Assembly (NCBI GenBank): GCA_040220235.1
Contig: JAVJTO010000071.1
DNA length: 64,000 bases
Source of the DNA: Coleofasciculus sp. B1-GNL1-01
GTDB taxonomy: Bacteria; Cyanobacteriota; Cyanobacteriia; Cyanobacteriales; Coleofasciculaceae
Reading direction: 5' to 3' (one strand)
Shown one piece after another: positions 48,388 to 58,671 of this stretch. Each line of letters starts with the position of its first letter. Within the stretch, counting starts at the first letter, position 1. The translations under genes were made by a program, and so were the position numbers. The notes beneath the pieces were generated by a model, which had not been told where the DNA came from, ran no database searches, and worked only from the letters and a program-made list of their open reading frames with translations.

Positions 48388-51300
48388 TTAAATATACGAG
48401 AAACTGGTCGTAAAAGCAAGGTCTGCGGTATTAACCCCTTCTACCTGCATGATGTCTTCTCCATTCAAACTGATGATACTATCAACACCTTGTTGAGTCA
48501 GAACCAGATCATTGAGCGCTATACCTAAGAGTCCAATTTGATCAGAACCCACATCATAGCCGCGCACAATATCTAACCCGGCGTTTTCTTCAAGTACATA
48601 AATGTCACTAGCGCCGAAATCGGGAAGGACAAGTTGTATAAGTGGATTGTAGTATGACCCGACAAGAAGATCAGCACCCAAGCCACCACGCAGGGTATCT
48701 GCACCCAAGCCACCCGATAGAATATCATCACCACCATCACCGCGTATTAAATCATTCCCCCAATTACCAAACAACTGATCATCCCCTAAACCACCGATTA
48801 ATAGATCATCACCGCCTTTACCTTTGATGATTTCTGAGAAAGAACTACCCTCTATCGTATCGGCTCCATTGCGACCTAGAAGTTCCACATTAGCATTCAC
48901 AGGAGCCGTTACCGTAATCGAAGATAAGTCTAGATTTACCTGACTATTTTGGGAAGCAAAGCTCATGGTAGAACCCAAAATTTCTAGGTCTGTCACAAGA
49001 TACCCTTTGTCCTGCAATGCATTGAGATCTAATGTCTCCAGCCTGGTTGTGGTGACGGGTGAGTCAATCACAATCTTTAAACTGCTTAAGGAATTTGCTG
49101 CTGGAGATAGAGTATCAAGTGCCGCTTGCAAATCATTTTGAGCAATGATCTGTGTTCCTGGAGTTAAGTTTTCATCCGCAAAATATACGCCGTCCGTTTT
49201 GACTAAAATAATCACGTTATCGGCAAAATCTGGCGTGACTTGGGCATCAGTCACGGCAATCTGTTCAGTTTCGTTAGTGTTAGGATTTGTCAGCTGAAGC
49301 GCCCCATCCGTAAAAATATCCGCACCAGTATGACCGGTTGCCAGTAATTGATTATTAAAATCAATAATTTGCTGGGCAGCCGTCGGGTCAGTAGACGTAT
49401 CTAGTGCTAAAAATGCATTCCACTCATCGGGAATTTGGGCGATTAAAGCTTTATTATCCCATTCAAAATAAAAAGCCGCGCTACCCTCTGTTCCGTCAGG
49501 AAGGAAAGCCGAGTTGTTATAAGCCTGTCCACTGGCTATTAATGAGGCACAGTTTTCTGTAATGATTTGACCCGTCGTTGTGCTGATACAGTAATCCAAA
49601 TTTAGAACAGTCGTGAAACCTGGATCGAGCGGATCATCAGTCTCTGGATCAAACAGCTCAGAATAAAGCCGGAATTGCTCCCCATTTCCTAGTGTTGCCG
49701 TATATTGAACATAGGGGATCGTGCCATAATCAACGCTGTTATTATTCGAGGTGTTAGTGTCAAACGCATTATAACTACTAAATGCGGCTACACTTACTTC
49801 ACTCCCAACGACATTCTTTTGTACGGCTACCAAGGGTGAGCCAGCCGTTTTTTCAAGCTTATTAACTGGGAGCCAAATTGTACCTTTAACTTGACCATTA
49901 TTGTATTCGGATAGTTCTGAATTTTCTCCTAATGAACCATAAAAATTGTTAATTTGAACATAGTCGCTACTCACGGTTGTATTGACTATCAATTGTACGG
50001 ATTCCCCCGACAAGAGTGTGGGAATGACCACTTCAACCGAGTCCGGATTGCCATCGCCACTCAAGCTTTGACCATTGGCGGCAATATAGGAGTCAATCAT
50101 GCCGTCCTGATTAGGATCGTATGTATCTAAATCAATCGCACTAACGGGAAGGATTAGTTCAGAGACGTTTAATTGCAAGTCTCCATTATCAGTGATCAAG
50201 ACAGATTCAGCCGTCGCTGAACCATTGTTGGTGACGGTCAATGTATAGGAAAATTCTTCATCGGGAATCGCAATATTTTCTCCTTCTAATGTAGAGATAA
50301 ATGCCTTTTCGATTTCTAAATCAATTTCTTGTCGATTGCCAAAATCAATGTCTGTTGCATTTGTCCCACTTTCAACGGTGATTGGTGCTGGATTTGTTGT
50401 TTTCTGCACCCAACCCGTTTTTTGCTCTTCCCGGATGGTATAGCTTCCTACAGTTAAATCCGTAAAGCTGTAATTACCACTTCCATCCGTAACGGTACTG
50501 GTTTCTCCCGCATCTAAACTGCCGTTATCATTGGCATCAATAAAGATAGTCCAGCCAGCTAATCCGGTTTCACCTGCATCTTTAACTCCATCGCCATCAA
50601 TGTCTTCAAATTTCTGTCCACTGATACTACCGAGTTGGAAGTTGCCAAAGTTAACTCCTGTAACTGTAGTACCACTACTGGTAATGTTAATCGCGCTGGG
50701 ATTAGATGTAGTTTGTTCCCAACCCGTTTTTTGCTCTTCCCGGATGGTATAGTCTCCAGCCGTTAAATCGGTAAAGCTGTAATTACCATTGGCATCTGTA
50801 TTCGTACTGGTTTCACCAGTATCTAAACTACCGTTATTATTGGCGTCAATAAAGATAGTCCAGCCATCTAATCCGGCTTCACCTGTATCTTTAACTCCAT
50901 CACCATCAGTGTCTTCAAACTTCTGTCCACTGATGCTACCGAGTTGGAAGTTGCCAAAGTTAACTCCTGTAACTGTAGTACCACTACTGGTAATGTTAAT
51001 CGCGCTGGGATTAGTTGTAGTTTGTTGCCAACCTGCTTGTTGAACTTCGCGAATGGTATAGGTTTCAACAGTTAAACCCGTAAAGCTGTAGTCACCATTG
51101 GAATCTGTGGTGGTACTGGTTTCACCTGCATCGAGAACACCGTCATTATCGCTATCAATAAAGATAGTCCAGCCAGCTAATCCGGCTTCACCTGCATCTT
51201 TAACTCCATCGCCATCAATGTCTTCAAATTTCTGTCCACTGATGCTACCAAGTTGGAAGTTACCGAAGTCAACCCCTGTGGTGTCTGTACCACTGGTAAT

Positions 51301-53184
51301 GTTAATGTCGCTGGGATTCGATGTAGTTTGTTGCCAACCTGCTTGTTGAACTTCGCGAATGGTGTAATTTCCTGCACTTAAATCAGTAAAGCTGTAGTTC
51401 CCATTGGCATCTGTGGTGGTATTGGTTTCTCCTGCATCTAAACTACCGTTATCATTAGCATCAATAAAGATAGTCCAGCCAGCTAATCCCGCTTCACCTG
51501 CATCTTTAATCCCATCGCCATCAATGTCTTCAAACTTCTGTCCACTGATGCTACCGAATTCTTCAACATTACCGAAATCAACGCCTGTAACTGTCGTATT
51601 ACTACCAATTGTGATTAGACTTGGATCAGTCGTTGTTTGAATAAGGTCTGTTGGGGTTACCTGGCGAACAAAATAGTCACCCGCTAAAACATCACCAAAG
51701 GAGTATGAGCCATTAGCAGAAGTTGTGGTTGTTACTAACGAGTCTTTGGTTGGGTCAAATGCGCCTTCATTCGCCTCAAACACGCCATCACCATCATCTA
51801 AAAATAATTTAATCGTGACGCCATCTAAATTCGGATCAGCACCCGCTTCATCATCTCCATCTCCATTGACATCCTCAAACACGCGACCCGAAATCGTCCC
51901 CTCCGGATCGATTCCCGCCACATCAGCAATGGCAAATTCCTCAAACCCGCCGTCTGAACTAACAAGCTTAGAAAAAAGATACACATAAGTACTGCCTGTT
52001 GCTCCAGAAAAAGCCGTTTCAGGAACGTAAATCGAGGCATCAAACGAACTCGTTCCTGGTGTTAAACTGGCATCAAGCAGTACGGAACCGCCTAAATCAA
52101 AAACAGCTTGTCCATTATTTAAGGCACCAATCAGTGTCTGATTGCTTGGATCATAAGCACTCAATGTAGCCGAATTGCCCAGAAAGAGTCGGAACTCTTG
52201 TAGCGTAATCTCAGAGGCGCTATTCTTTTCATTCAGATCCAGGCGGATTTCGCGGAAGGTTTCTCCAGCAATAGTAACCTGTTGCAGTTCAGATAGTTGG
52301 AGCGATCGCGCTGACTTCACATCGGGTTGATGAACCGCCGCATCGGTGTTGAAGCCTTCTTCATCCGGTTTTGCTCTCAGTTTGAGAAACGAGTCATTGG
52401 TTCCAGAACCCGAGGCTAAATCAGATCGAACAATATAAGAACCATTGACAAATCCGGCTGACTGAGTTCCCGTTAAATCTAGAACCGAATCCGTGAAAAT
52501 ATGGGGTTCAGCCGCTTCCGCCGTTTTCAAATCCGTAGCAGTTAACAGGAACGTTTCATTCGCCGAATCATCAGGATGAACATACCATTCGGTGACAATC
52601 GTCCCATTTTTTAGACCATCGCGATCGCGAGAACTTCCATCTTTAACCATCCAAGGTTCATGTCCTGATCCTGAATTGGACGACGCCAAAATCAAATCAT
52701 CGGCTGTACCAAACTCCCCATCAGCACCCGCTTCCAGATGTTGCACCTGTAATTTGACCACCGCACCTGGATCAAACCCTGTCGCGGTAATCGTCGCTGT
52801 TTCACCCGGTTGGTAATCTTGCTTATCAGTTTCGACTGTTGGTGTACTGGTTGTCTCTGCTTCAGCCGTGTCAATCTGGAATCGCTGAGACACATTCTTT
52901 ATCAATGAGTCAGAAACAGCTAACGGTTCTTGAATGTCTGGAACAATCCCAGATAGATCGTCTAAGGGTGAGTTTGATGGCGTAAGTGGAGCAAATTTAA
53001 CTGTGCCTAACTCACTATCAGTAACCGCTTCTAGTTCTAGATAGTGTCGCTCAAAAAACGGCTTGACCTGAGATAAGAGATAAAAAACTCGATTTAATCC
53101 AGGAGACAATAACCGAGGTTGAACTGTCTCGGTCAGCAATTCATATAGATAAGGGAAGTCTAAATACTTAGTAGCAGTCATCAT
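48388..53184 (-). CDS. Large surface/adhesin protein: five SdrD B-like domains, DUF11-like domain, C-terminal RTX Ca-binding repeats
   Basis: 'GSISGQKFEDIDGDG..D.GE.GL.GWTIFID.N.NG.LD.GE' x4 plus one divergent copy; GGxGxD nonapeptides. Confidence 0.9.
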   Translation of the reverse strand: MMTATKYLDFPYLYELLTETVQPRLLSPGLNRVFYLLSQVKPFFERHYLELEAVTDSELGTVKFAPLTPSNSPLDDLSGIVPDIQEPLAVSDSLIKNVSQRFQIDTAEAETTSTPTVETDKQDYQPGETATITATGFDPGAVVKLQVQHLEAGADGEFGTADDLILASSNSGSGHEPWMVKDGSSRDRDGLKNGTIVTEWYVHPDDSANETFLLTATDLKTAEAAEPHIFTDSVLDLTGTQSAGFVNGSYIVRSDLASGSGTNDSFLKLRAKPDEEGFNTDAAVHQPDVKSARSLQLSELQQVTIAGETFREIRLDLNEKNSASEITLQEFRLFLGNSATLSAYDPSNQTLIGALNNGQAVFDLGGSVLLDASLTPGTSSFDASIYVPETAFSGATGSTYVYLFSKLVSSDGGFEEFAIADVAGIDPEGTISGRVFEDVNGDGDDEAGADPNLDGVTIKLFLDDGDGVFEANEGAFDPTKDSLVTTTTSANGSYSFGDVLAGDYFVRQVTPTDLIQTTTDPSLITIGSNTTVTGVDFGNVEEFGSISGQKFEDIDGDGIKDAGEAGLAGWTIFIDANDNGSLDAGETNTTTDANGNYSFTDLSAGNYTIREVQQAGWQQTTSNPSDINITSGTDTTGVDFGNFQLGSISGQKFEDIDGDGVKDAGEAGLAGWTIFIDSDNDGVLDAGETSTTTDSNGDYSFTGLTVETYTIREVQQAGWQQTTTNPSAINITSSGTTVTGVNFGNFQLGSISGQKFEDTDGDGVKDTGEAGLDGWTIFIDANNNGSLDTGETSTNTDANGNYSFTDLTAGDYTIREEQKTGWEQTTSNPSAINITSSGTTVTGVNFGNFQLGSISGQKFEDIDGDGVKDAGETGLAGWTIFIDANDNGSLDAGETSTVTDGSGNYSFTDLTVGSYTIREEQKTGWVQKTTNPAPITVESGTNATDIDFGNRQEIDLEIEKAFISTLEGENIAIPDEEFSYTLTVTNNGSATAESVLITDNGDLQLNVSELILPVSAIDLDTYDPNQDGMIDSYIAANGQSLSGDGNPDSVEVVIPTLLSGESVQLIVNTTVSSDYVQINNFYGSLGENSELSEYNNGQVKGTIWLPVNKLEKTAGSPLVAVQKNVVGSEVSVAAFSSYNAFDTNTSNNNSVDYGTIPYVQYTATLGNGEQFRLYSELFDPETDDPLDPGFTTVLNLDYCISTTTGQIITENCASLIASGQAYNNSAFLPDGTEGSAAFYFEWDNKALIAQIPDEWNAFLALDTSTDPTAAQQIIDFNNQLLATGHTGADIFTDGALQLTNPNTNETEQIAVTDAQVTPDFADNVIILVKTDGVYFADENLTPGTQIIAQNDLQAALDTLSPAANSLSSLKIVIDSPVTTTRLETLDLNALQDKGYLVTDLEILGSTMSFASQNSQVNLDLSSITVTAPVNANVELLGRNGADTIEGSSFSEIIKGKGGDDLLIGGLGDDQLFGNWGNDLIRGDGGDDILSGGLGADTLRGGLGADLLVGSYYNPLIQLVLPDFGASDIYVLEENAGLDIVRGYDVGSDQIGLLGIALNDLVLTQQGVDSIISLNGEDIMQVEGVNTADLAFTTSFSYI

Positions 53185-53610
53185 GTGAGGAACAATTAGC
53201 CCTGATCAACAACAGTGAAAATAAGCTGTACCTGATGGAAAGTGTCTCAATCAGTTTTAACAAAGACACCACACCCATTGCTGGGCAATGGTTTAAACGT
53301 TCAATAATTCTTCAGGCTGACTATGATTTTTATCGCCACAATAGCTAGACAAAACTATCACCCGCATAGCTTTCAGAACTCATTTCAACTCACTAAATTT
53401 ATCTGTTCAACAGATATTGAACGTATAATAACTAAACCTGACACCCGTTTATGTGAAGAATCTGTAAAGTTACTTCTAATTAACGTAAGAGATTGATGAA
53501 GCTTGCTTAAAACCCAACATGTAACCATCTTAAATTTGTAGTACATAATTTTTATATACTTTTTATCACTTCTGGTAATGAGTCAAACCTATTCCTCTGA
53601 TAAAAACTAG

Positions 53611-53670
53611 AAAATGTTGGTGAATGTTGGCAAATATTAGTGAATGTTGGTAAATGTTGGTAAATGTTGG
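53611..53670. repeat. Six tandem decamers, consensus T(A/G)AATGTTGG
   Basis: aaaatgttgg tgaatgttgg caaatattag tgaatgttgg taaatgttgg taaatgttgg. Confidence 0.88.
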
Positions 53671-53766
53671 TAAAAATGACGACCAACCCAAGCCGGGACT
53701 CAATTGCCCCAGTCTCTATACAAAGATTGCAAAGATTGCGCTACTATCAATAAAAAATGAGAACGT

Positions 53767-55365
53767 ATGAATCAGTGTCAACCTCAGCAAGTCTGCATTG
53801 TCACAGGTGGTAACTCAGGTGTAGGTTTGATGACTGCTGTTGGTCTCGCCCAATTCGGTCATCATGTATTTATCGCCTGTCGCTGTGCAAACAAAGCTGA
53901 GAAATCTGTCAATTATATTCGCTCCTCCACCGGAAATCCCAAGGTTGAGTTTTTGCCACTCGATTTAGCCTCCCTTGATTCAGTTCGTACATTTGTGAAA
54001 CTGTTTCAGGACAGACAGCTTCCGCTGCATTTATTAGTGAATAATGCGGGAGTTTTCAATGCCAGAGGCACAACTCAAGAAGGATTTGAACTCATTTGGG
54101 GAATTAACTATCTGGGTCACTTTCTACTGACAAATTTGCTACTGGAAACGCTTCAACATTCAGCCCCCAGCCGAATCATCATGGTTGCCTCTGACTTAGC
54201 CTTGCGCCCCACTTCTATCAAATGGGAATGTTTTGTCAAGAAGACACCCTTAAATTTTATAGAACTGTATGCCGTATCAAAACTTTGCTTAGTGATCCTG
54301 ACTCAAGAACTGGCACAGCGCTTAAAGACTACCAACATAACTGTTAACGCAATTCATCCTGGATTTGTGCAATCTAATATAACCTTAGGGCATCGCTTAA
54401 GCAAGTATTTGGGCATTGGCATTTCGCCCCAAGAAAGTGCTTCTGGGTTGCTGACTTGTGCAACATCTGCTGATTTTGCAGCGGTAACGGGTAAGTTTTT
54501 TGATTATCAACAGAACGAAATAGAACTTCCTGATCTAGCAAAAGATACTGAACTCGGTCAACAGTTGTGGGAACAGAGTGGCTTGTGGACAGGCTGTAAT
54601 CAATACAATCCGAAAACACCCGCCAAACCTGAGACGACTGTTGGACTTTTAGAACCCTATTCGCTGGCATTAAGTCCCTCTGAACTCGGTTCCCTTACCC
54701 AAGCTATTGTTGAAACTGTCTTGCCTAACCCCCCGCTTAAAAACCAATTTTATCATTTTATCCACCTTTTATTTAATTTCAAGATTGGAGCAATTATTCT
54801 ACTTGTCAATCAACTCCGCAAGAAAGAGTTTTATATGGAAAGACATCTTGATTCAGAGGCTGTTTGGGCGATCTGTCAGGATAAAAAGTTACGACAGAAA
54901 TTGAACGAGTATTTGGGTGAAACATTAGTCTTGTGGCGTTCGGAAATTTGGGTAAATTATCCCTCGCAACAACTGATTCCATTTTGGCATCAAGACTCCT
55001 ATCCCAATCTGCTTCAAGGCGAAGGGAAAACGATCAATGTCTACATTGCACTAACCGAGGTTAATGAACGGAATGGGTTTGAGTACATCCCTAATTTTCA
55101 ACTCACTCCGGATGTCTCAGTTAAAATGAAAGACCCATTTAGTGGCAATCACTTGTTTAATTTGACAGAAGACTTAGAACAGCAAGCCATTCCTGTGGTT
55201 TTGCGTCCTGGAGAATTTGTTTTATTTACCGACCAACTCATGCATCGTTCGATTCGCAATACCAGTGGTCAAGTTCGGCTAGCCCTCACCCTGCGGCTGA
55301 CTCAACCCTCTGTTCATATCGTGTCAAGCTATAGTCCTATTTACAGTAAGCCTGTCTTGTTGTAA
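53767..55365 (+). CDS. SDR oxidoreductase (retinol dehydrogenase-like) fused to a PhyH-like Fe(II)/2-oxoglutarate dioxygenase
   Basis: TGGNSGVG, LDLASLDSV, NNAG, NYLGHFLLT, YAVSK; then 'WHQD', 'LRPGEFVLF...HRS..N.....R'. Confidence 0.85.
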   Translation: MNQCQPQQVCIVTGGNSGVGLMTAVGLAQFGHHVFIACRCANKAEKSVNYIRSSTGNPKVEFLPLDLASLDSVRTFVKLFQDRQLPLHLLVNNAGVFNARGTTQEGFELIWGINYLGHFLLTNLLLETLQHSAPSRIIMVASDLALRPTSIKWECFVKKTPLNFIELYAVSKLCLVILTQELAQRLKTTNITVNAIHPGFVQSNITLGHRLSKYLGIGISPQESASGLLTCATSADFAAVTGKFFDYQQNEIELPDLAKDTELGQQLWEQSGLWTGCNQYNPKTPAKPETTVGLLEPYSLALSPSELGSLTQAIVETVLPNPPLKNQFYHFIHLLFNFKIGAIILLVNQLRKKEFYMERHLDSEAVWAICQDKKLRQKLNEYLGETLVLWRSEIWVNYPSQQLIPFWHQDSYPNLLQGEGKTINVYIALTEVNERNGFEYIPNFQLTPDVSVKMKDPFSGNHLFNLTEDLEQQAIPVVLRPGEFVLFTDQLMHRSIRNTSGQVRLALTLRLTQPSVHIVSSYSPIYSKPVLL

Positions 55366-55390
55366 GTTCTGCTAACATGAAATATAAGTA

Positions 55391-55514
55391 AGCTGTCATG
55401 CATTTAAATTGGGTATTAGTAGCGAGCAAGATGCAAAGCCTGCGGCATGGCTTCGCTTAACGCACTACAAGGCTTTCGCCGTTATTGATATTAAGGTTTA
55501 AATGCCGAACAGCT
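55391..55514. mobile_element. MITE-like element with imperfect TIRs (AGCTGTCATGCATTTAAA / TTTAAATGCCGAACAGCT), flanked by TA
   Basis: Ends read directly; second copy at 23845; solo end at 61089. Confidence 0.8.
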
Positions 55515-55639
55515 TAGTTGGACAAAATTAAATCAGGGAACAGGGAACAGTAAGTAGTCGGACATTCTAGTATTTAGGGTGATAAATAAGGAAACGCGGA
55601 TTTATTGAAAACATTTATTCAAGTTAGGAGACATTTAAA

Positions 55640-57289
55640 ATGTCCTTTAAAAAGTTTCTGGTAATTGGCACAACTCTAGTCTTGGTAGGGGGTGGCGCGG
55701 CTTATCTCTACGCTAAAGGTTTTTGGGGAGTCGCCGACACCCCAGCCGCCAGTGCTAAAGTTATCCCCGATGAAGCGGTGATGGCGGGCTTTATTTCCAC
55801 TGACTCTCAATCCTGGATGAAGTTGCAGAAGTTTGGTACGCCCGAACTGCAAACGTTAGTGAATCAAAGTCTGGAAGATTTAAAAACAGAAACCTTTAAG
55901 GATTCCCAAATTAGTTACGAGGAAGATTTAAAACCGTGGTTGGGGAATGTAATGGTCGCGGTTTTACCAACTACCTCTGCTGAAGCGGTAGACGACTCCA
56001 ATCTGTTGACAGTTGTTACGATTAAAAATAAGTTCAGTCTGTTAAAGTTTGCCAACCAGTTGAAAACTGACGAAAAACTGGGAAAAACTGATGAGATTGA
56101 CTATAACGGGTTGACAATTTTAGAAACAATCGACGAGGGACAAACCTTCTATTCAGCGGTATTGAGACAGCATTTGGTCATATCCGAAGACTTGAAACCT
56201 GTGCAATTAGCGATTGATAGCTATAAGGGAGAACCGTCTCTGGCTAGCGAAGGGAATATTGCCACACTCTTCTCCCAGGATATGGATCTGCTCAACCCCG
56301 TTGCCAAGTTTTATATCCCTGACTATACTGCTTTTGTGCAAGAAATGGTTGCTAATAATCCAGGAGTTGCTCCCTTACCACCTGCTACATTAGAACAATT
56401 GCAAGCGTTTAAGTCAGTTAAAATGGGGGTAGGAATTGATGACGTAGGAATCCGGCTGAAAACCGTTGCTAATGTTGAACCATCGGATATTCAAGTCGAA
56501 TTTCAGCCCAATCCCGGTCAAATTATCAGTCAATTCCCCGCTTCAACGATGATGCTGTTAACCGGAAATGGAATTAGTCAGGGATGGGAAATAATGAGCC
56601 AATCCGCCCAATCCGATCCCCAATTGCAGCAAGGACTCAACAGCCTCAGAAGTGCCGCCAATAGCATCAATTTAGACGTAGATCAGGATATCTTTGGCTG
56701 GATGGATGGGGAATTTGCCATCGGCGTGATTCCTTCCACAGAAGGGATACTCGCCCCCATCGGCTTTGGCGGAGTGATCGTCTTTCAAACCAGCGATCGC
56801 GCCACCGCCCAAGCCACGTTAACTCAACTTGATACCCTCGCCCAACAGAATACTATTCAAGTTTCACCCACAACAGTTCAAGGACAATCGGTTACCAAAT
56901 GGGCAATTCCGGGACAAGGAACCTGGTTAGGACATGGTTGGCTAAACCAGAATTCCCTGTTTATCGCTATTGGCGAACCAATAGTAGAAAAAATGCTGGC
57001 GAATCCTGAACCGTCTCTGGATCAAAGTGAGTCGTTTATTACGGTAACTAAAGCTTTACCGGAATCTAACAGCGGTTACTTTTATTTAGATATGGATAAA
57101 ACCATGACAGTGGTGAATGATTTTATCGAAAATACCACCCCAGATACACCAGAACCTGACTCTGATACCCAAACCGCTTTAGCTATTTTAAATTCCGTGC
57201 AAGGGATCGGTGGAACCGTGACTCAAGACAACCCTTCTACTCATATTTTTGAAATGATTGTTACGCTTAAGCCTAAAACAGAAAACTAA
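55640..57289 (+). CDS. DUF3352 domain protein
   Basis: N-terminal anchor, 'YEEDLKPWLG', 'DIFGWMDGEFAIG', 'GYFYLDMD'; AGGAG RBS. Confidence 0.8.
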   Translation: MSFKKFLVIGTTLVLVGGGAAYLYAKGFWGVADTPAASAKVIPDEAVMAGFISTDSQSWMKLQKFGTPELQTLVNQSLEDLKTETFKDSQISYEEDLKPWLGNVMVAVLPTTSAEAVDDSNLLTVVTIKNKFSLLKFANQLKTDEKLGKTDEIDYNGLTILETIDEGQTFYSAVLRQHLVISEDLKPVQLAIDSYKGEPSLASEGNIATLFSQDMDLLNPVAKFYIPDYTAFVQEMVANNPGVAPLPPATLEQLQAFKSVKMGVGIDDVGIRLKTVANVEPSDIQVEFQPNPGQIISQFPASTMMLLTGNGISQGWEIMSQSAQSDPQLQQGLNSLRSAANSINLDVDQDIFGWMDGEFAIGVIPSTEGILAPIGFGGVIVFQTSDRATAQATLTQLDTLAQQNTIQVSPTTVQGQSVTKWAIPGQGTWLGHGWLNQNSLFIAIGEPIVEKMLANPEPSLDQSESFITVTKALPESNSGYFYLDMDKTMTVVNDFIENTTPDTPEPDSDTQTALAILNSVQGIGGTVTQDNPSTHIFEMIVTLKPKTEN

Positions 57290-57932
57290 GCAAAAAAAAG
57301 GTAGAGGGTAAAAGACCATTACTCACCTTTCGCTCAAGCCACTATCCAATTCAGATCCCCCAAACCTGTTTCATGGTTAAATAGCTATTAAGTGATAAAA
57401 GGCTTGTATCGACCGACGCTAGGACTTGCACTACGTCCGCGATCGCGTCGCTCACGAATCCTGACACGGACAGCCGTGGCTTTTATGAAGTTTTCGTGAA
57501 GTTGACCTCTGTGTCAGTTTCAGGACAATTCATAAATTTTGATTATAGTTAGAACGAATTTTCGTGACTTGAGGGGTCTGGCTTTTTTAAGTTTTGTAAC
57601 TAAACTGAGAATAGGACTGAAGAGGTTTGGTGAGCTGCCGCTGTTTTTTTATATTAGATGGGAATTTGCGTTTTTTGTCAAGATAATTTGACATTTTAAT
57701 AATTGATGTTTATTGATAATTAGTTTAACTATTTAATTTAATAAAGATTGTGTAAAGGAAAGGATTTTTTGCGATTTGTAACTTGACAGAGATTCCCAAG
57801 ACTGTAAACTGACGGGCAGTTGTCTTTTTATACGGATAGAAGAATTAAGGAGAGAATCGTGCGATCGCCTGAACGTTGCCCTGGGTTACTGGATGGCTGT
57901 AAAGATAGCGTTTCTGGGAGTTGGCAGAAGTT

Positions 57933-58238
57933 ATGAGTTCTGAAAATACGGTGTCAATGTCTTCGATTATCGTCGCCAGTCAGGAACAGCGCTCATCAGA
58001 TTTGACGGGAGAGACGGTGATCCTGAATCTCAAGTCGGGAATGTACTACGGCTTGAGTGCTGTGGGTGTGAGTATCTGGAATCTGATTCAGGAACCGAAA
58101 GCGGTAAGCGAGGTGCGGGATGGGATTCTAGCAAAATATGACGTTGAGCCTGAACAGTGCGATCGCGATGTCTTGGCGTTGCTGGAAGAGTTGGCAACAG
58201 AAGGATTGATTGAGGTGCGGGATGCAGCAGTTGCATAA
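57933..58238 (+). CDS. Lasso peptide B1 protein (PqqD-like RiPP recognition element)
   Basis: 'DLTGETVILNLKSGMYYGL..VG..IW.LI', 'YDVEPEQC.RDV..LL.EL..EGLI'; TTG 57921 is an alternative start. Confidence 0.92.
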   Translation: MSSENTVSMSSIIVASQEQRSSDLTGETVILNLKSGMYYGLSAVGVSIWNLIQEPKAVSEVRDGILAKYDVEPEQCDRDVLALLEELATEGLIEVRDAAVA

Positions 58239-58671
58239 GTTTCTCAGTTTAACAGCTTGCGATCGCGTTTTGTTATGCCGTGCCGTTTTCTTGCTGGGCG
58301 CTGTTCGCTTGGGGCTGGGGGTGCTACCGTTTCAGCGGTTTCGCCACCTGTTAGCGGGTGTGAAGGGGACAAGATGGTTGTATCCTAGACCTGATTGTCG
58401 GATAACCCTCGATCAGATTGTTTGGGCAGTTGAGGTGGCGAGTTATTATATGCCCGGTCAGGTTAAGTGTTTGGCACGGGCGCTGACAACACAAATTCTC
58501 ATGAGTTGGTACGGTTACACCTCGGAACTGAGAATTGGTGTGGCAAAGGGGGAAGCCGGACAGTTTGAGGCTCATGCTTGGGTGGAAATTCAGGGACGGG
58601 TGGTAATGGGTCATCTCCGGGACTTGTCCCGATATACGCCAATGCCCTCATTTGAAGGGGGTGGGTTATGA
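58222..58671 (+). CDS. Lasso peptide B2 leader peptidase (transglutaminase-like)
   Basis: 'KCLARAL', 'LRIGV', 'FEAHAWVE'; overlaps B1, ATGA overlap with the cyclase. Confidence 0.93.
   Translation: MQQLHKFLSLTACDRVLLCRAVFLLGAVRLGLGVLPFQRFRHLLAGVKGTRWLYPRPDCRITLDQIVWAVEVASYYMPGQVKCLARALTTQILMSWYGYTSELRIGVAKGEAGQFEAHAWVEIQGRVVMGHLRDLSRYTPMPSFEGGGL

Noticed and set aside
50531..51988. Series of repeated + strand ORFs
   Set aside because: Antisense shadows of the SdrD-B repeats
57300..57920. Riboswitch or NtcA site upstream of the lasso cluster
   Set aside because: Only a short CTGACAC...GTGTCAG inverted repeat; no GTA-N8-TAC or known RNA motif found by eye
57933..58238. PQQ biosynthesis gene pqqD
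   Set aside because: No pqqB/C/E nearby; context is a lasso RRE
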